NCBI GenBank assembly: GCA_016303095.1
Contig: JAEDMH010000001.1
Span: 1-57,584 of the forward strand
DNA from: Lentisphaeria bacterium
Lineage (GTDB): Bacteria; Verrucomicrobiota; Lentisphaeria; Oligosphaerales; Oligosphaeraceae
Reading direction: 5' to 3'
DNA length: 57,584 nucleotides
Under the pieces are notes generated by a model. That model saw only the letters and a program-made list of their open reading frames with translations. It was not told the origin of the DNA and ran no database searches. The translations under genes were made by a program, and so were the position numbers. Of this stretch, positions 8,649 through 18,815 are shown in pieces (within the stretch, counting starts at the first letter, position 1; each line of letters begins with the position of its first letter).

Positions 8649-10591
8649 GGCGGGGGGAGGGGGGATTCCGGAGCATGGGGTCGCCGGGCTTTGGGATACA
8701 CCCAGACCCCTTCCAGGAGGAAAAGGAGAATCAGGAGCAATCCGCCCCAGGGCAACAGGAGGGAGCCCCCCGGCTCCTCCCGGCTTCGGGAGCGTTTCCC
8801 TTCGTCCAAGGAGGGGCTTGAGGCGGTGAGCATCCGCTCTGCTTCCTCCGCCGGAAGATACCGGGGGAGGGATTCCGTGGGGGGAGGGATGACTTCCACC
8901 AGTTCTCCCCCAAAGGAATGGAGCCCCGGCTCCTCTGTGGAGAACTCCGGCTGAATCCACTTGCCCTGCCAATCTTTCCGGGGAAGAGGAATGTCGCCGC
9001 AGGAAATTTGCCGTAGGGAGGAGTGGTCGCCCAGGGCCTGTTCCAGGAGTTCCCGGAGGAGCGGCAAGAAAGCCTTGGCGAGGGGGAAGTCGGAGGAGGC
9101 GGTATGGAAACCGAAGGTGAAAAGCAGGCATTTTCCCTTGCCCAGGGGTTTTTGCAGAAGAGCGGGAGCACCTTCCAAGGTCTGGAGGAGCACCTGGGCC
9201 TCTTCTGGCCCCGTCTCCACTTGGAGAGAGCGGCGGATGGGGAAGAGGTGAAGGTCGGAGGAGGCTTGGGGAGGAAAGAGTTTTTCCAGGGGGGAGCCAG
9301 GGGGAAGTTCGCCAATGCCCGTTTGCCGGTGCGTCTCCTGGGCGGAACCCTGGGGAGCCAGGCCGGCGGACTGAAGATGGCGCCAGCCCGCCAAGGGGGC
9401 ACTCCCCGGCACCGCCAGAAGAACGCCGCCCGCCTCCACATAGCGGCGAAGATGCTCCATTTCCTGGGGGGGGAGTCGCTCCGCCGCGCCCAGGAGGAGG
9501 AGGGCGGGAAACTCCTCCCAGGAGGCAAAGGGGGCGCCGGAGGTGCCCAAGGACTGAAGGAGGAAGGCGGGGGAGGCTTCCGGGGGCTCCGCCGTCAAGG
9601 CGGGAACGCAGAAGAACTCCAGTTCTTGGGAGAGGAGGGTGTCTCCGGGATCATCGGAGAAGATGGCCAGCAGGGGGGTGGGGGGAGCGGGCTTGGCCCA
9701 GAAGAGCCTCTGGTCGTCAAAGGCGAAGTCGTCTTGGGGGAGCAGCCGAAGGGTGCCCTGGGGATTGCTGGGCACAGGTACCAGAAAGGAGGTGGAGCTC
9801 TCTCCTTGGGAAGGAAGAGTCAACGGGGCGCGGGTCTCCTGTCCGTCCAGGGAGAGAATCACCTCCCGTGGGGAGGGGGTGTCTCCCCAGTTCCGGCATC
9901 GCACGCGAATGCGGAGGTGATTCTGAGGGGCCGAGGTGACGGTGGTCTGCTGTATGCCGCAGTTTTCCCGGATGGGTTGGGCCGGGGTATGGAGGAGGAG
10001 GCGGGTGCCCGGGGGAAGGGGGCCCAAGTCTCTTCTCCAGTCGGCGGATTGGAGATCGCTGAAGACATGAAGAATGCGCTGGCCCGGGGGAAATTGGGCC
10101 AGCCATTGGTTGGCCTGGGAGAAGGCCTGGGGAAGGGCCTGGGCCCCGCTCCATCCACAACTCCACTGGGAAGGAGAGGAGAGGGGACGGACTTGGGCGC
10201 CGACCTCCCAATAGGCCACATGGGCTCCCTGGATTTCCTGGAGGCTGGGCGTAAGTTGGCCCATGGTGGCCTGAAGGGAGGCGGAGGCATCTAGAAGCAC
10301 GGCCTGGCCGCAGAGCTCTTCCGAGGGGGGAGATTCCTGATCCTCTTGGGGAGTCCAACGGGGAGAGGCGGTCACCAGGATGATGGTGGCCAGCAGAAGG
10401 ATGCGCAGGCACATCAGCAGGAGATCCCGCCAGCGGCGGCGCCCCTGGATGGGAATGGGAGTGGGCCGGAGGAAGCGGATGCCGGGGAAGCCCAGGGAAG
10501 GCGGGGTGGGATGCCCCAGCAGGTGAATCAAGAGGGGGGCGGCGGCGAGAGGCAGGAGCCAGAGCAACTCCGGGTGGAGGAAGGAGAGCAT
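8645..10591 (-). CDS. BatA-like protein with N-terminal double-transmembrane domain
   Basis: MLSFLHPELLWLLPLAAAPLLIHLL followed by a second TM helix is typical of the BatA/aerotolerance N-terminal double-TM domain. A large periplasmic or extracytoplasmic remainder follows. Confidence 0.65.
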   Translation of the reverse strand: MLSFLHPELLWLLPLAAAPLLIHLLGHPTPPSLGFPGIRFLRPTPIPIQGRRRWRDLLLMCLRILLLATIILVTASPRWTPQEDQESPPSEELCGQAVLLDASASLQATMGQLTPSLQEIQGAHVAYWEVGAQVRPLSSPSQWSCGWSGAQALPQAFSQANQWLAQFPPGQRILHVFSDLQSADWRRDLGPLPPGTRLLLHTPAQPIRENCGIQQTTVTSAPQNHLRIRVRCRNWGDTPSPREVILSLDGQETRAPLTLPSQGESSTSFLVPVPSNPQGTLRLLPQDDFAFDDQRLFWAKPAPPTPLLAIFSDDPGDTLLSQELEFFCVPALTAEPPEASPAFLLQSLGTSGAPFASWEEFPALLLLGAAERLPPQEMEHLRRYVEAGGVLLAVPGSAPLAGWRHLQSAGLAPQGSAQETHRQTGIGELPPGSPLEKLFPPQASSDLHLFPIRRSLQVETGPEEAQVLLQTLEGAPALLQKPLGKGKCLLFTFGFHTASSDFPLAKAFLPLLRELLEQALGDHSSLRQISCGDIPLPRKDWQGKWIQPEFSTEEPGLHSFGGELVEVIPPPTESLPRYLPAEEAERMLTASSPSLDEGKRSRSREEPGGSLLLPWGGLLLILLFLLEGVWVYPKARRPHAPESPLPPP

Positions 10592-10603
10592 GGGGCGGCG
10601 ACC

Positions 10604-11287
10604 TCAGGAAACCGGGGCCTCCAAAAGATCTTCCAGTTGACCCAGAAGGGATGGCAGAAGACGGTTCCTCTCCTGAATCCCCGGAAGAGCGTCCCAAAAT
10701 TCCTGGGAGGCGCTCCCTCCGATATAGTTGGAGAGATACCGAACGATGGCCACAGGAATCCGACGCCCCAGAACCGGCTCCATCAGACGACAGAAATGAA
10801 CCACCGCGGGACTCTCCATGTCCACCCCATCCGCCTGGGCCTCGATCCGGTTGTCCTCCCGATAGTATTTGGCATTGTCAAAGACATCCCCGGCGGAGAT
10901 GCGCCCTGTGCCGCAGAAGGGAGTGGTGGGAAAATGGAGGGGAAGCAACTGGGTCAGGAGCTGGGTGAAGCGGGGATCGCAGGGCATCCAGCACTGCTCC
11001 CCAACCTGGGGCACGAAGCCCAGGCCATCGGAACCATAGAGGGGAGAGACGTCATAGTCGCTATAGGCTACCTGGCTGGCCACCAGCAGCCCCCCCAGAG
11101 GCAGAGAACGCTTCAGAGCGCCTGCCGTCCCCCAGACCAAAATGGCCTCGCATTGATCCTGGAACAGGAGTTTGGCCACGGCGGCGCAGGCGGCGGTCTT
11201 GCCCGGGCCAAAGCCGGTGGCGCAGGCCAGGGCAGGGGGAAGGCCCTCCGCTTCCTCCCGGGTGGGGATGAGAACTCCGATTTTCAT
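10604..11287 (-). CDS. PNP_UDP_1-family nucleosidase (MTA/SAH nucleosidase or futalosine hydrolase-like)
   Basis: 227 aa. MKIGVLIPTREEAEGL, GFGPGKTAAC, VWGTAGAL and GVDMES blocks match the nucleoside phosphorylase/nucleosidase fold. Confidence 0.65.
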   Translation of the reverse strand: MKIGVLIPTREEAEGLPPALACATGFGPGKTAACAAVAKLLFQDQCEAILVWGTAGALKRSLPLGGLLVASQVAYSDYDVSPLYGSDGLGFVPQVGEQCWMPCDPRFTQLLTQLLPLHFPTTPFCGTGRISAGDVFDNAKYYREDNRIEAQADGVDMESPAVVHFCRLMEPVLGRRIPVAIVRYLSNYIGGSASQEFWDALPGIQERNRLLPSLLGQLEDLLEAPVS

Positions 11288-11330
11288 CTTTGTATTTATA
11301 ACTGCTTTATATTTAATGAGTTATAAAGAA

Positions 11331-12353
11331 TCACCCAAATTCGTTCCAGGGAATGCGGACAGGGGCGCCCTGGTTGATGATTTCATCCAGGTGTCGCAGC
11401 AGGGGGAATTTGTTGAAATTGGCGGTGCCCCGTTGGTGTCTGGTGCGCAGGGCCCTGGCCGCCCGGGTGATGATGGGGATGGATTCCAGGGTCAAGCCGG
11501 GGTACAGTTTCAGAGCCTCCTGGAAGGGGATTCCCTCTCCCAGGGCCTCCCCCAGCTTTCTGTTTCGTCCGGAGTTGATGGTGACGTACAGGTCGCTGGT
11601 GGCGTAGATGACGCTGTCGGTCTGTCCTCCCAGGAGATGGACCAGCCGGAGCATTTCCCGGACGGCCTGTCCGAAGAGAGAGGCCTGGGGATTGCTCATG
11701 GCCACCCCCTGTTGTTTGGCCAGGCCGATGGCCAGGGAGACGCCCACGGCATAGGCGTTTTTCATGGCCACGGCGCATTCGATGCCCATGACATCCTGGG
11801 TTGGCTGGATGTGGTAGTAGGTGGTGATGAGCTGGGATTTCAGCCAGTAGAGGGTGTCCAGATCTTCGCCGCAGAGGGCCACGGAGGTGTGTTTCCGCTG
11901 GCAGAGTTCCTGGCTGATGCAGGGGCCGCCGATGGAGTTGATGGAGAGCTTGCGTCCCGGCGCCAGTTTCTTCTGGTTGTAGGCCATGGAGATGGGGAGG
12001 AGGGTGCCGTCCGGCTCGTCCTCCAGTCCCTTGGTGATGGAGAGCACCACCAGGGTGTCGGGAACGCGGGAGAGGACATGTTCCGCAAACCAGTCCACGC
12101 CGAAGGAGGGGACGCCGGCGATGAGGAGCTGGCATCCCTCCAGGGCCTGATCCAGCTCCTCGTAGTAGAAGGCGGTGCACCGGGGAGGCAGGGGCATGGC
12201 CAGCTTGGGATGGAAGTTGTCCGTCCGGATGCGCTGGATGATTTCCTGGTCGTAGGGGGTTCCCACCAGACGAACGGCATGTCCGTTGTCCGAGGCGGGA
12301 AAGCACATGGCGGACCCCATCATGCCGGCGCCGACGATGGTGATGATGCTCAT
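11331..12353 (-). CDS. NAD(P)H-dependent glycerol-3-phosphate dehydrogenase-like oxidoreductase
   Basis: N-terminal Rossmann motif IVGAGMMGSAM, a length of 340 aa and central GPCISQE-type segments resemble the GpsA family. Confidence 0.7.
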   Translation of the reverse strand: MSIITIVGAGMMGSAMCFPASDNGHAVRLVGTPYDQEIIQRIRTDNFHPKLAMPLPPRCTAFYYEELDQALEGCQLLIAGVPSFGVDWFAEHVLSRVPDTLVVLSITKGLEDEPDGTLLPISMAYNQKKLAPGRKLSINSIGGPCISQELCQRKHTSVALCGEDLDTLYWLKSQLITTYYHIQPTQDVMGIECAVAMKNAYAVGVSLAIGLAKQQGVAMSNPQASLFGQAVREMLRLVHLLGGQTDSVIYATSDLYVTINSGRNRKLGEALGEGIPFQEALKLYPGLTLESIPIITRAARALRTRHQRGTANFNKFPLLRHLDEIINQGAPVRIPWNEFG

Positions 12354-12377
12354 GGAGTGTTCGGAGAAAGAGGGGGG

Positions 12378-14363
12378 CTAGAGGGCGTCCTGCACTTCCT
12401 GGCGGAAGGAGAGGGCGGGCAGGCCCGCCTGGTTGACCAGATTCCCTTCGGGCAAGTCCACCTTGCCGTTGTATTGGCAGAGGACGGGATGGGGGACTTC
12501 CGGATGGGAGAGGAGGAGTTCCTCTCCCTGGAGGGTGGCCTGGGCAGGGCGGAGGATGCCGTCCTTTCCCGCCATCTCGAAGCCTGCCAGGGGCTGTCCG
12601 TCCTTGGCGTGGAGCCCCTTCCCGTAGAGGAAATGGAGGCGGAGGGAGGCGCCTTCCCGGGTCACCCGATCCAGGGTTGGGCCCTGGGGCAGAACGCCCT
12701 CTTCCCCATAGAGATTGGCCAGGGCCAGGAGGAAGAGCCGGTATCCGAAGGAGCGCTTGTCATGGGGGTGGATGTCCGTGGGCTCGAAGAGGGCCAGATC
12801 CGTGGCGGTGATGACGCCCGTCTCCGGGGTCTCCAGGAAGACCCTCCGCTGGGCATCCTGAATCTTCAGCCAGTTTTCGGGATGGAGATCCCGGTAGTTG
12901 GCCAGCTGGACGAAATAGAAGGGGAAGTCCTCCCGCTGCCCCCAGGCGTGGCGCCAATCCTCAATGAGATCCCGGAAGCGCATGGCGTAGAGGGCGGTGG
13001 TTTCGTCGGTGTCCGCATCGTTCTCTCCCTGGTACCAGAGGACTCCCCGAATGGGGAAGGGGATCAGGGGGCGGATCTTGTTGTCGAAGAGGCGATGGGG
13101 GGAATTTCGGCAGCAGATGGGGTTGGCGGCCTGTTCCGGTCCTCCCAGGGGTTGGAAGGCGTACTCCGGCCAGGCCTTCCAGAGGGTGTCGGCCAGGGGG
13201 AGGGTTTCTCCCGTGGTCAGGTTCTCCAGGAAGTAGGCCCGCTTGGAGCCGGTGAAGCCGGCGTCGAAGAAGAAGCAGTAAGCCCGGATGGCCACCACGT
13301 TGCGTCCCGCCTTCACCGCCTGGGGAGGCACGGGGTAGTTCCGGGGGGTGCACCAATACTGGGTGTCGAATCCCGTCCCCGTGGCGCCCACCTGCACCCC
13401 GTTGAAATAGGTCACGTCGTGCTTGTCCACGCCTCCCAGATGGAGCATCAGGGGTTGGCCTTCCCAGGAGGGGGGCAGGGTCACTTCCCGGCGCACCCAG
13501 AGGGACCCGTGGCTGGAGATCTTCTGGATGATCCAGGAACCGGGAACTTCCATGGTCTTCCAGGAGGAGTCGTCATAGTCCGGATTGGCGTAGCCCAAGG
13601 CGAATCCCCGGTTGCCCGGATCCATCTGGGTGATATGGTCGAAGCATTGGTTGTCCTCGTTGATGCAGTCGGGGAAGGAGGCGTGGGTCTCCAGGCAATC
13701 CCAGGACTCCGGGCGGTAGACGCAGGCATCGTCCTTCTCCAGAAGCTTGTAGTTTTCCGGGCGTCGGGAGAGGGTCTCCCGGCTGGTCCACGCGTGGACG
13801 AAGGTGCCGCCCCAGGAGGAGTGGATCAGCCCCACGGGAATCTGGGGGAACTTTTGCCGGTGGAAGAGGGCGAACCAGGCGCCGATGGCGGTGAAGCCGG
13901 CGGCTGTGTCGGGAGAGGAGAGCTGCCATTCCCCTCCGGGCGGCAGGGTCTCCGGACGGGTGGCCAGGGTGTCATTGGGGGTGGTGAAGCAACGGATGAG
14001 GGGGTCGTTGCCCCCCTCCTGCAAATACTGTCCGGTCTGCTCCAGGGGATCCCCGGGGGAAAAGGTCATCAGGGGAAACTCCGCATTGGACTGGCCGGAA
14101 ACCAGCCAGGTCTCCCCCACCAGCAGATCCCGGCAGACACATTCCTCGTTCTTGCAGGTCACCCGGAGCTCCAGGGGGCCGCCCTCCGCCAGAGAGGGGA
14201 AACGCAGCTCAAAGCGGCCGTCCCAGGAGCTGGGGGCGTAGGCGGAGAGGGATCCCAGGGTGGCATGGACCATGGCGCGGGGGGTGTCGCACCAGCCCCA
14301 GACGACGATGGGCTTGTTGCGTTGGATGACGGCGTGGTCGGACCAGATGGCGGGCAGTCTCAT
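12378..14363 (-). CDS. Sialate O-acetylesterase-like carbohydrate esterase
   Basis: MRLPAIWSDHAVIQRNKPIVVWGW N-terminus plus LVSGQSN, WYQGEND and a C-terminal beta-sandwich, as in the SASA/9-O-acetylesterase family. Confidence 0.75.
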   Translation of the reverse strand: MRLPAIWSDHAVIQRNKPIVVWGWCDTPRAMVHATLGSLSAYAPSSWDGRFELRFPSLAEGGPLELRVTCKNEECVCRDLLVGETWLVSGQSNAEFPLMTFSPGDPLEQTGQYLQEGGNDPLIRCFTTPNDTLATRPETLPPGGEWQLSSPDTAAGFTAIGAWFALFHRQKFPQIPVGLIHSSWGGTFVHAWTSRETLSRRPENYKLLEKDDACVYRPESWDCLETHASFPDCINEDNQCFDHITQMDPGNRGFALGYANPDYDDSSWKTMEVPGSWIIQKISSHGSLWVRREVTLPPSWEGQPLMLHLGGVDKHDVTYFNGVQVGATGTGFDTQYWCTPRNYPVPPQAVKAGRNVVAIRAYCFFFDAGFTGSKRAYFLENLTTGETLPLADTLWKAWPEYAFQPLGGPEQAANPICCRNSPHRLFDNKIRPLIPFPIRGVLWYQGENDADTDETTALYAMRFRDLIEDWRHAWGQREDFPFYFVQLANYRDLHPENWLKIQDAQRRVFLETPETGVITATDLALFEPTDIHPHDKRSFGYRLFLLALANLYGEEGVLPQGPTLDRVTREGASLRLHFLYGKGLHAKDGQPLAGFEMAGKDGILRPAQATLQGEELLLSHPEVPHPVLCQYNGKVDLPEGNLVNQAGLPALSFRQEVQDAL

Positions 14364-14560
14364 GGTAAGGAAGAGGAAAGGGAAGGGGGCGGTGTGGGTG
14401 GGGGGAGAAGGAGGCGGGGGGGCCTCGTCTTCTGGGGTTCAGGGGAAAGTCAGGGGAGAAATATAATCAAAGTAGGCGGAACGTAGGGGGAGAAATTGGG
14501 GCTAAATTAGGCCTCGTGCCTTGGGGCGGACGGCCTCAGGGGCAGGGAGACATTGGTACC

Positions 14561-15592
14561 ATGATTGTCATTTTGAAAGAGAATCCCGATCCCGGGCAAC
14601 TGAAGGACCTGACCTCCTGGCTCAAGAGCCAGGGGGTGGAAATCCATACTTCCCACGGACAGCGGCAGATGATTCTTGGCCTGGTGGGGGACACCTCCCG
14701 GCTGGACATGGATCTCATCAGCGCCCTGGACATCGTGGACGAGGTGAAACGAATCCAGGATCCCTATAAGGCGGCCAACCGGAAGTTCCATCCGGAAGAC
14801 ACGGTGGTGGAGCTGGAGAACGGGGTGAAGATCGGGGGCGGCCACTTCGCCCTGATTGCCGGTCCCTGCTCCGTGGAGAGCGAAGAGCAGATTTGCTCCG
14901 TGGCTCTGGCGGTGAAGGCGGCCGGCGCCAATGTGCTGCGGGGCGGCGCCTTCAAACCCCGCACCTCCCCCTACTCCTTCCAGGGAATGCGGGAACGGGG
15001 CATCCAGCTGCTCCTGGAGGCCAAGCGGGAAAGCGGGCTGCCTGTGGTCACGGAAATCATGGACGCCGCCCAACTCCCCCTCTTCGAGGAGGTGGACATC
15101 ATCCAGGTGGGGGCCAGAAACATGCAGAACTTCGAACTGCTCCACGCCCTGGGTCACGTCCGAAAGCCCATCCTCCTGAAGCGGGGACTGGCCAACACCT
15201 ACCAGGAATTGCTGATGAGTGCGGAGCATATCATGTCCGGCGGAAATTCCCAGGTCATGCTTTGCGAACGGGGCATCCGCACCTTCGAGACCTACACGCG
15301 GAACACCCTGGATCTCACCGCCATCCCTGTCCTCCACAAACTCTCCCATCTGCCGGTCATCATTGATCCCAGCCACGCCTCCGGACGCTCCTGGCTGGTG
15401 CCTCCCATGGGGGTGGCCGCCGCCGCCACCGGGGCCGATGGCCTGATTGTGGAAGTCCACAACGATCCGGAACACGCCTGGTGCGACGGCCCCCAGTCCA
15501 TCACTCCCGCCACCTTCCAGGAGATGGTGCCCCGCGTCCACGCGGTCCGTCAGGCCCTGGGCCTGGAGAAGGGGGAGGAGGCGCGGCCATGA
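14561..15592 (+). CDS. aroF: 3-deoxy-7-phosphoheptulonate (DAHP) synthase, type I-beta with N-terminal regulatory domain
   Basis: MIVILKENP ferredoxin-like N-domain followed by GPCSVESEEQ, LRGGAFKPRTSPYSFQG and DPSH motifs. ATG at 14561. Confidence 0.9.
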   Translation: MIVILKENPDPGQLKDLTSWLKSQGVEIHTSHGQRQMILGLVGDTSRLDMDLISALDIVDEVKRIQDPYKAANRKFHPEDTVVELENGVKIGGGHFALIAGPCSVESEEQICSVALAVKAAGANVLRGGAFKPRTSPYSFQGMRERGIQLLLEAKRESGLPVVTEIMDAAQLPLFEEVDIIQVGARNMQNFELLHALGHVRKPILLKRGLANTYQELLMSAEHIMSGGNSQVMLCERGIRTFETYTRNTLDLTAIPVLHKLSHLPVIIDPSHASGRSWLVPPMGVAAAATGADGLIVEVHNDPEHAWCDGPQSITPATFQEMVPRVHAVRQALGLEKGEEARP

Positions 15593-16452
15593 AAACCGTT
15601 GGCGTGGTGGGATTGGGGCTCATTGGGGGCTCTTTGGCCCGGGCGTTGAAGGCCCGGGGAGGATACCGGGTGCTGGGCTATGATCTCCAGGAGTCTGTGC
15701 GCCTCCGGGCAAAATTGGTCCATGCGATGGACGACACCCTGACCCCGGAGGCCCTTCCGGCGTTGGACATGGTGATTCTTGCCCTGTATCCCCAGGACAC
15801 CATCCGGTGGGCCCAGGAGAATGTCTCCCGGCTGCGCCCCGGCGCCCTAGTGGTGGACACCTGCGGCGTGAAGCGGGTGGTGTGCCAGGAGGTGGGGAAA
15901 CTTTGCGACAGCCGGGGCGTGGTGTTTCTGGGGGGGCATCCCATGGCGGGAATCGAGCGTTCCGGCTTTGAGGCCTCCATGGGAAATCTCTTCAACCAGG
16001 CCTCCATGATTCTGGTGCCCTGGGGGAATCCCGCCATCGAGATTTTGGAGAAGGCCAAGGCCTTCTTCCTGGAGCTGGGCTTCGGCACGGTGAAGTTCTC
16101 CTCCGCCGAGGAGCACGACCGTATCATCGCCTATACCAGCCAGCTGGCCCACATCCTGGCCAGCGCCTATGTCCAGTCCCCTACCGCTCTGCAGCATAGC
16201 GGATTCTCCGCCGGCTCCTTCCGGGACATGACCCGGGTGGCCACCATGCAGGAGGAGATGTGGAGCGAACTCTTCCTGGACAACCGGGAACCCCTGCTGG
16301 CGGAACTGGATCACGTGCTGGAGAATCTCCACCAGTTCCGGAAGGCCCTGGCCGAGGAGGACAGGGACACCCTCCGCGCCCTGTTGAAGCAGGGCAGGGA
16401 GACCAAGGAAAAGGTGAACGCGCTTCCCCGAACCCCCTACTCCCTCTTCTAA
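15589..16452 (+). CDS. tyrA: Prephenate dehydrogenase
   Basis: MKTVGVVGLGLIGGSLA Rossmann start, GGHPMAG motif and TSQLAHILA segment. ATGA overlap with the DAHP synthase stop. Confidence 0.8.
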   Translation: MKTVGVVGLGLIGGSLARALKARGGYRVLGYDLQESVRLRAKLVHAMDDTLTPEALPALDMVILALYPQDTIRWAQENVSRLRPGALVVDTCGVKRVVCQEVGKLCDSRGVVFLGGHPMAGIERSGFEASMGNLFNQASMILVPWGNPAIEILEKAKAFFLELGFGTVKFSSAEEHDRIIAYTSQLAHILASAYVQSPTALQHSGFSAGSFRDMTRVATMQEEMWSELFLDNREPLLAELDHVLENLHQFRKALAEEDRDTLRALLKQGRETKEKVNALPRTPYSLF

Positions 16453-16530
16453 CGGCAAGCCCGGAAGAACCCTTTCCTGTTCCCCGCCGCTCTCCCTTCT
16501 CCCTCCTCCCTCTTCTCTCCCCGCCTCCCC

Positions 16531-17583
16531 ATGGCTCCCCTCTCCCAGATTCCCGTTCGCTGCTCCCGAGGCACCTACCAGGTCACCATTGGACCTGGCG
16601 CTCTTTCCCTCCTTCCCCAGGTGGTCTCCAAGCTTGGCGCGCGCCGGGTGGCGGTGATCACGGATAGCCATGTGGCCCCTCTCCATGGGGAGCGGGTGCG
16701 CCAGTTCCTTCCGCCGGAGACTCCCCTCTACGTCTTTCCCGCCGGCGAGGCCAGCAAGACCCTGGAGACCATTGGAGGGATGTTGCATTTCCTGGCCGAG
16801 GCCCAGCTGACCCGGGGGGATCTGGTGGTGGCCCTGGGGGGAGGCGTCACCGGGGACATGGCGGGATTCTCCGCGGCCATCTATCTTCGGGGAATTCCCG
16901 TGGTTCAGCTGCCCACCACTCTGCTGGCCGCCATCGACTCCTCCGTGGGGGGAAAGACGGGGGTGGATCTTCCCCAGGGCAAGAATCTGGCCGGCGCTTT
17001 TTGGCAGCCCTCCGCCGTCCTCTGCGATACCACCCTCATGGAGACCCTTCCCCAGCGCATCCTCTTCGATGGCACCGCCGAGGCGGTGAAATACGGAATG
17101 ATCCGGGATGCCGCTCTCTTCCGGACGTTGGCCGCCCCTTCCGGTCTTCAGAACCATCTCCAGGAAGTCATTGCCCGCTGTGCGGAGATCAAGGCGGAGA
17201 TCGTGGCGGGAGACGAGTTCGACCGAGGAGAACGGGCCCTTCTGAATTTCGGCCACACCTTGGGACACGCCGTGGAGCGGGAAAGCCAATTCGCCATCTC
17301 CCACGGCCAGGCCGTGGCCATCGGCATGGTGGCGGTGACCCGCTGGGCGGAGCGCCGGGGCTGGTGCCCGGAAAATCTCCACCTCCCGCTGGTGGAGGCT
17401 TTGAAGGAATATGCCCTGCCTACGGAACTCCCCTATCCCTGGGAACGGTTGACGTCGGCCATGCTCCATGACAAGAAGAGGCGGGGAGACCACATCCAAT
17501 TGGTGGTGCCGGAGTCCCTGGGACGCTGCGTCTTGAAGACGATTTCCGTGGAAGAGCTGCAGAGGGGGGAGGGGAATTCATGA
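16531..17583 (+). CDS. aroB: 3-dehydroquinate synthase
   Basis: GGGVTGDMAGFSAA, DSSVGGKTG and NFGHTLGHA motifs. Confidence 0.9.
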   Translation: MAPLSQIPVRCSRGTYQVTIGPGALSLLPQVVSKLGARRVAVITDSHVAPLHGERVRQFLPPETPLYVFPAGEASKTLETIGGMLHFLAEAQLTRGDLVVALGGGVTGDMAGFSAAIYLRGIPVVQLPTTLLAAIDSSVGGKTGVDLPQGKNLAGAFWQPSAVLCDTTLMETLPQRILFDGTAEAVKYGMIRDAALFRTLAAPSGLQNHLQEVIARCAEIKAEIVAGDEFDRGERALLNFGHTLGHAVERESQFAISHGQAVAIGMVAVTRWAERRGWCPENLHLPLVEALKEYALPTELPYPWERLTSAMLHDKKRRGDHIQLVVPESLGRCVLKTISVEELQRGEGNS

Positions 17584-18815
17584 GCCAAGTGGTTCTCTCT
17601 CCCCGTTCCTGGCGCGGACGGGTGGCCATTCCTTCCTCCAAGTCGGTGGCCCATCGACAGCTTCTGTGCGCCGCCCTGGCGGGAATGCCCTTGGATGGGG
17701 TGCGCCTCCAGGGCCCTGCCTCCCAAGATCTGACGGCGACCCGAAATGCCCTGGAAATCCTCCGCTCTCCCCAGGGGGAATGCCCTGTTCTGGACTGCGG
17801 GGAATCGGGCAGCACTCTCCGCTTCCTCCTGCCCGTGGCTGCCGCCCTAGGGGGAGAATGGCGCTTCCAAGGGCGGGGACGGCTTCCCCAGCGCCCCTTG
17901 GAACCCCTCTTGGGAGAACTCCGGAGCCATGGGGTGGACATCCAGGGAGAACATCTCCCCCTTCGCCTGAAAGGAAAGCTGGCCGGCGGCGCCTTTTCCC
18001 TTCCCGGAAATGTCTCTTCTCAATATGTGACGGGACTGCTGCTGGCCCTTCCCCTGGCCGGCGGCGGGGCGGTGCGTTTGACTTCCCCTCTGGAATCCCA
18101 GGACTATGTCGCCTTGACGCTCCAGGCCATGGCTCAGTTTGGCGTGGAAGTCCAACGGGAGGAGGAGGGATTTGCGGTGCCTCCGGGATGCGCCTATCGC
18201 CCTGTGGAGAATCTTCCCGTGGTGGAGGGAGACTGGTCCGCCGCCGCCTTCCCCATGGTGGCCGCCGCCCTGGACGCCCGAAATCCCCAGGGACTTCTCC
18301 TGGAAAATCTCTCCTCCCGCTCCCTCCAGGGAGATCGGCGCATTGTGGAGATTCTCCAGGCCTTTGGCGCCCAAGTGGAGTTCCTCCCCCAGGGACTTCA
18401 GGTGCGTCCCGCCCCCCTCCATGCCCTGCCGGAGATTGACGTGCGCCCCATTCCGGACATGGTGCCCGCCCTCTCGGTGGTGGCCGCTTTGGCGGAAGGC
18501 ACCACGCGCTTCGTCCACGGGGAACGCCTCCGGCTCAAGGAGTCGGATCGCCTGGAGGCCTCCCGGGATCTGGTGGTGTCTTTGGGGGGCAAGGCGGAAC
18601 TCCAGGGAGATGTGCTCCAGGTCACGGGGGCAAAGACATTAAGGGGGGGAGTGGTGGATGGGCGAAACGACCACCGGATCGTCATGGCCGCGGCTGCTGC
18701 TGCCGTCGCCGTCCAGGGCAAGGTCACCATTGGCGATGCCCAGGCGGTGGCGAAATCCTGGCCCGCCTTTTGGCAGGCCTATTCCCTGGCCACGGGAGAG
18801 GAGGTTTCATTGTGA
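17580..18815 (+). CDS. aroA: 3-phosphoshikimate 1-carboxyvinyltransferase (EPSP synthase)
   Basis: PSSKSVAHR, CGESGSTLRFL, KESDRL and DHRIVMA motifs. ATGA overlap with aroB. Confidence 0.9.
   Translation: MSQVVLSPRSWRGRVAIPSSKSVAHRQLLCAALAGMPLDGVRLQGPASQDLTATRNALEILRSPQGECPVLDCGESGSTLRFLLPVAAALGGEWRFQGRGRLPQRPLEPLLGELRSHGVDIQGEHLPLRLKGKLAGGAFSLPGNVSSQYVTGLLLALPLAGGGAVRLTSPLESQDYVALTLQAMAQFGVEVQREEEGFAVPPGCAYRPVENLPVVEGDWSAAAFPMVAAALDARNPQGLLLENLSSRSLQGDRRIVEILQAFGAQVEFLPQGLQVRPAPLHALPEIDVRPIPDMVPALSVVAALAEGTTRFVHGERLRLKESDRLEASRDLVVSLGGKAELQGDVLQVTGAKTLRGGVVDGRNDHRIVMAAAAAAVAVQGKVTIGDAQAVAKSWPAFWQAYSLATGEEVSL

Noticed and set aside
8645-10591. BatA-like gene and the DUF58 gene (53465..54373) as parts of one Bat/MoxR system.
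   Set aside because: They are 43 kb apart, on different strands, with no MoxR ATPase or vWA partner adjacent in this window. There is no evidence that they act together.
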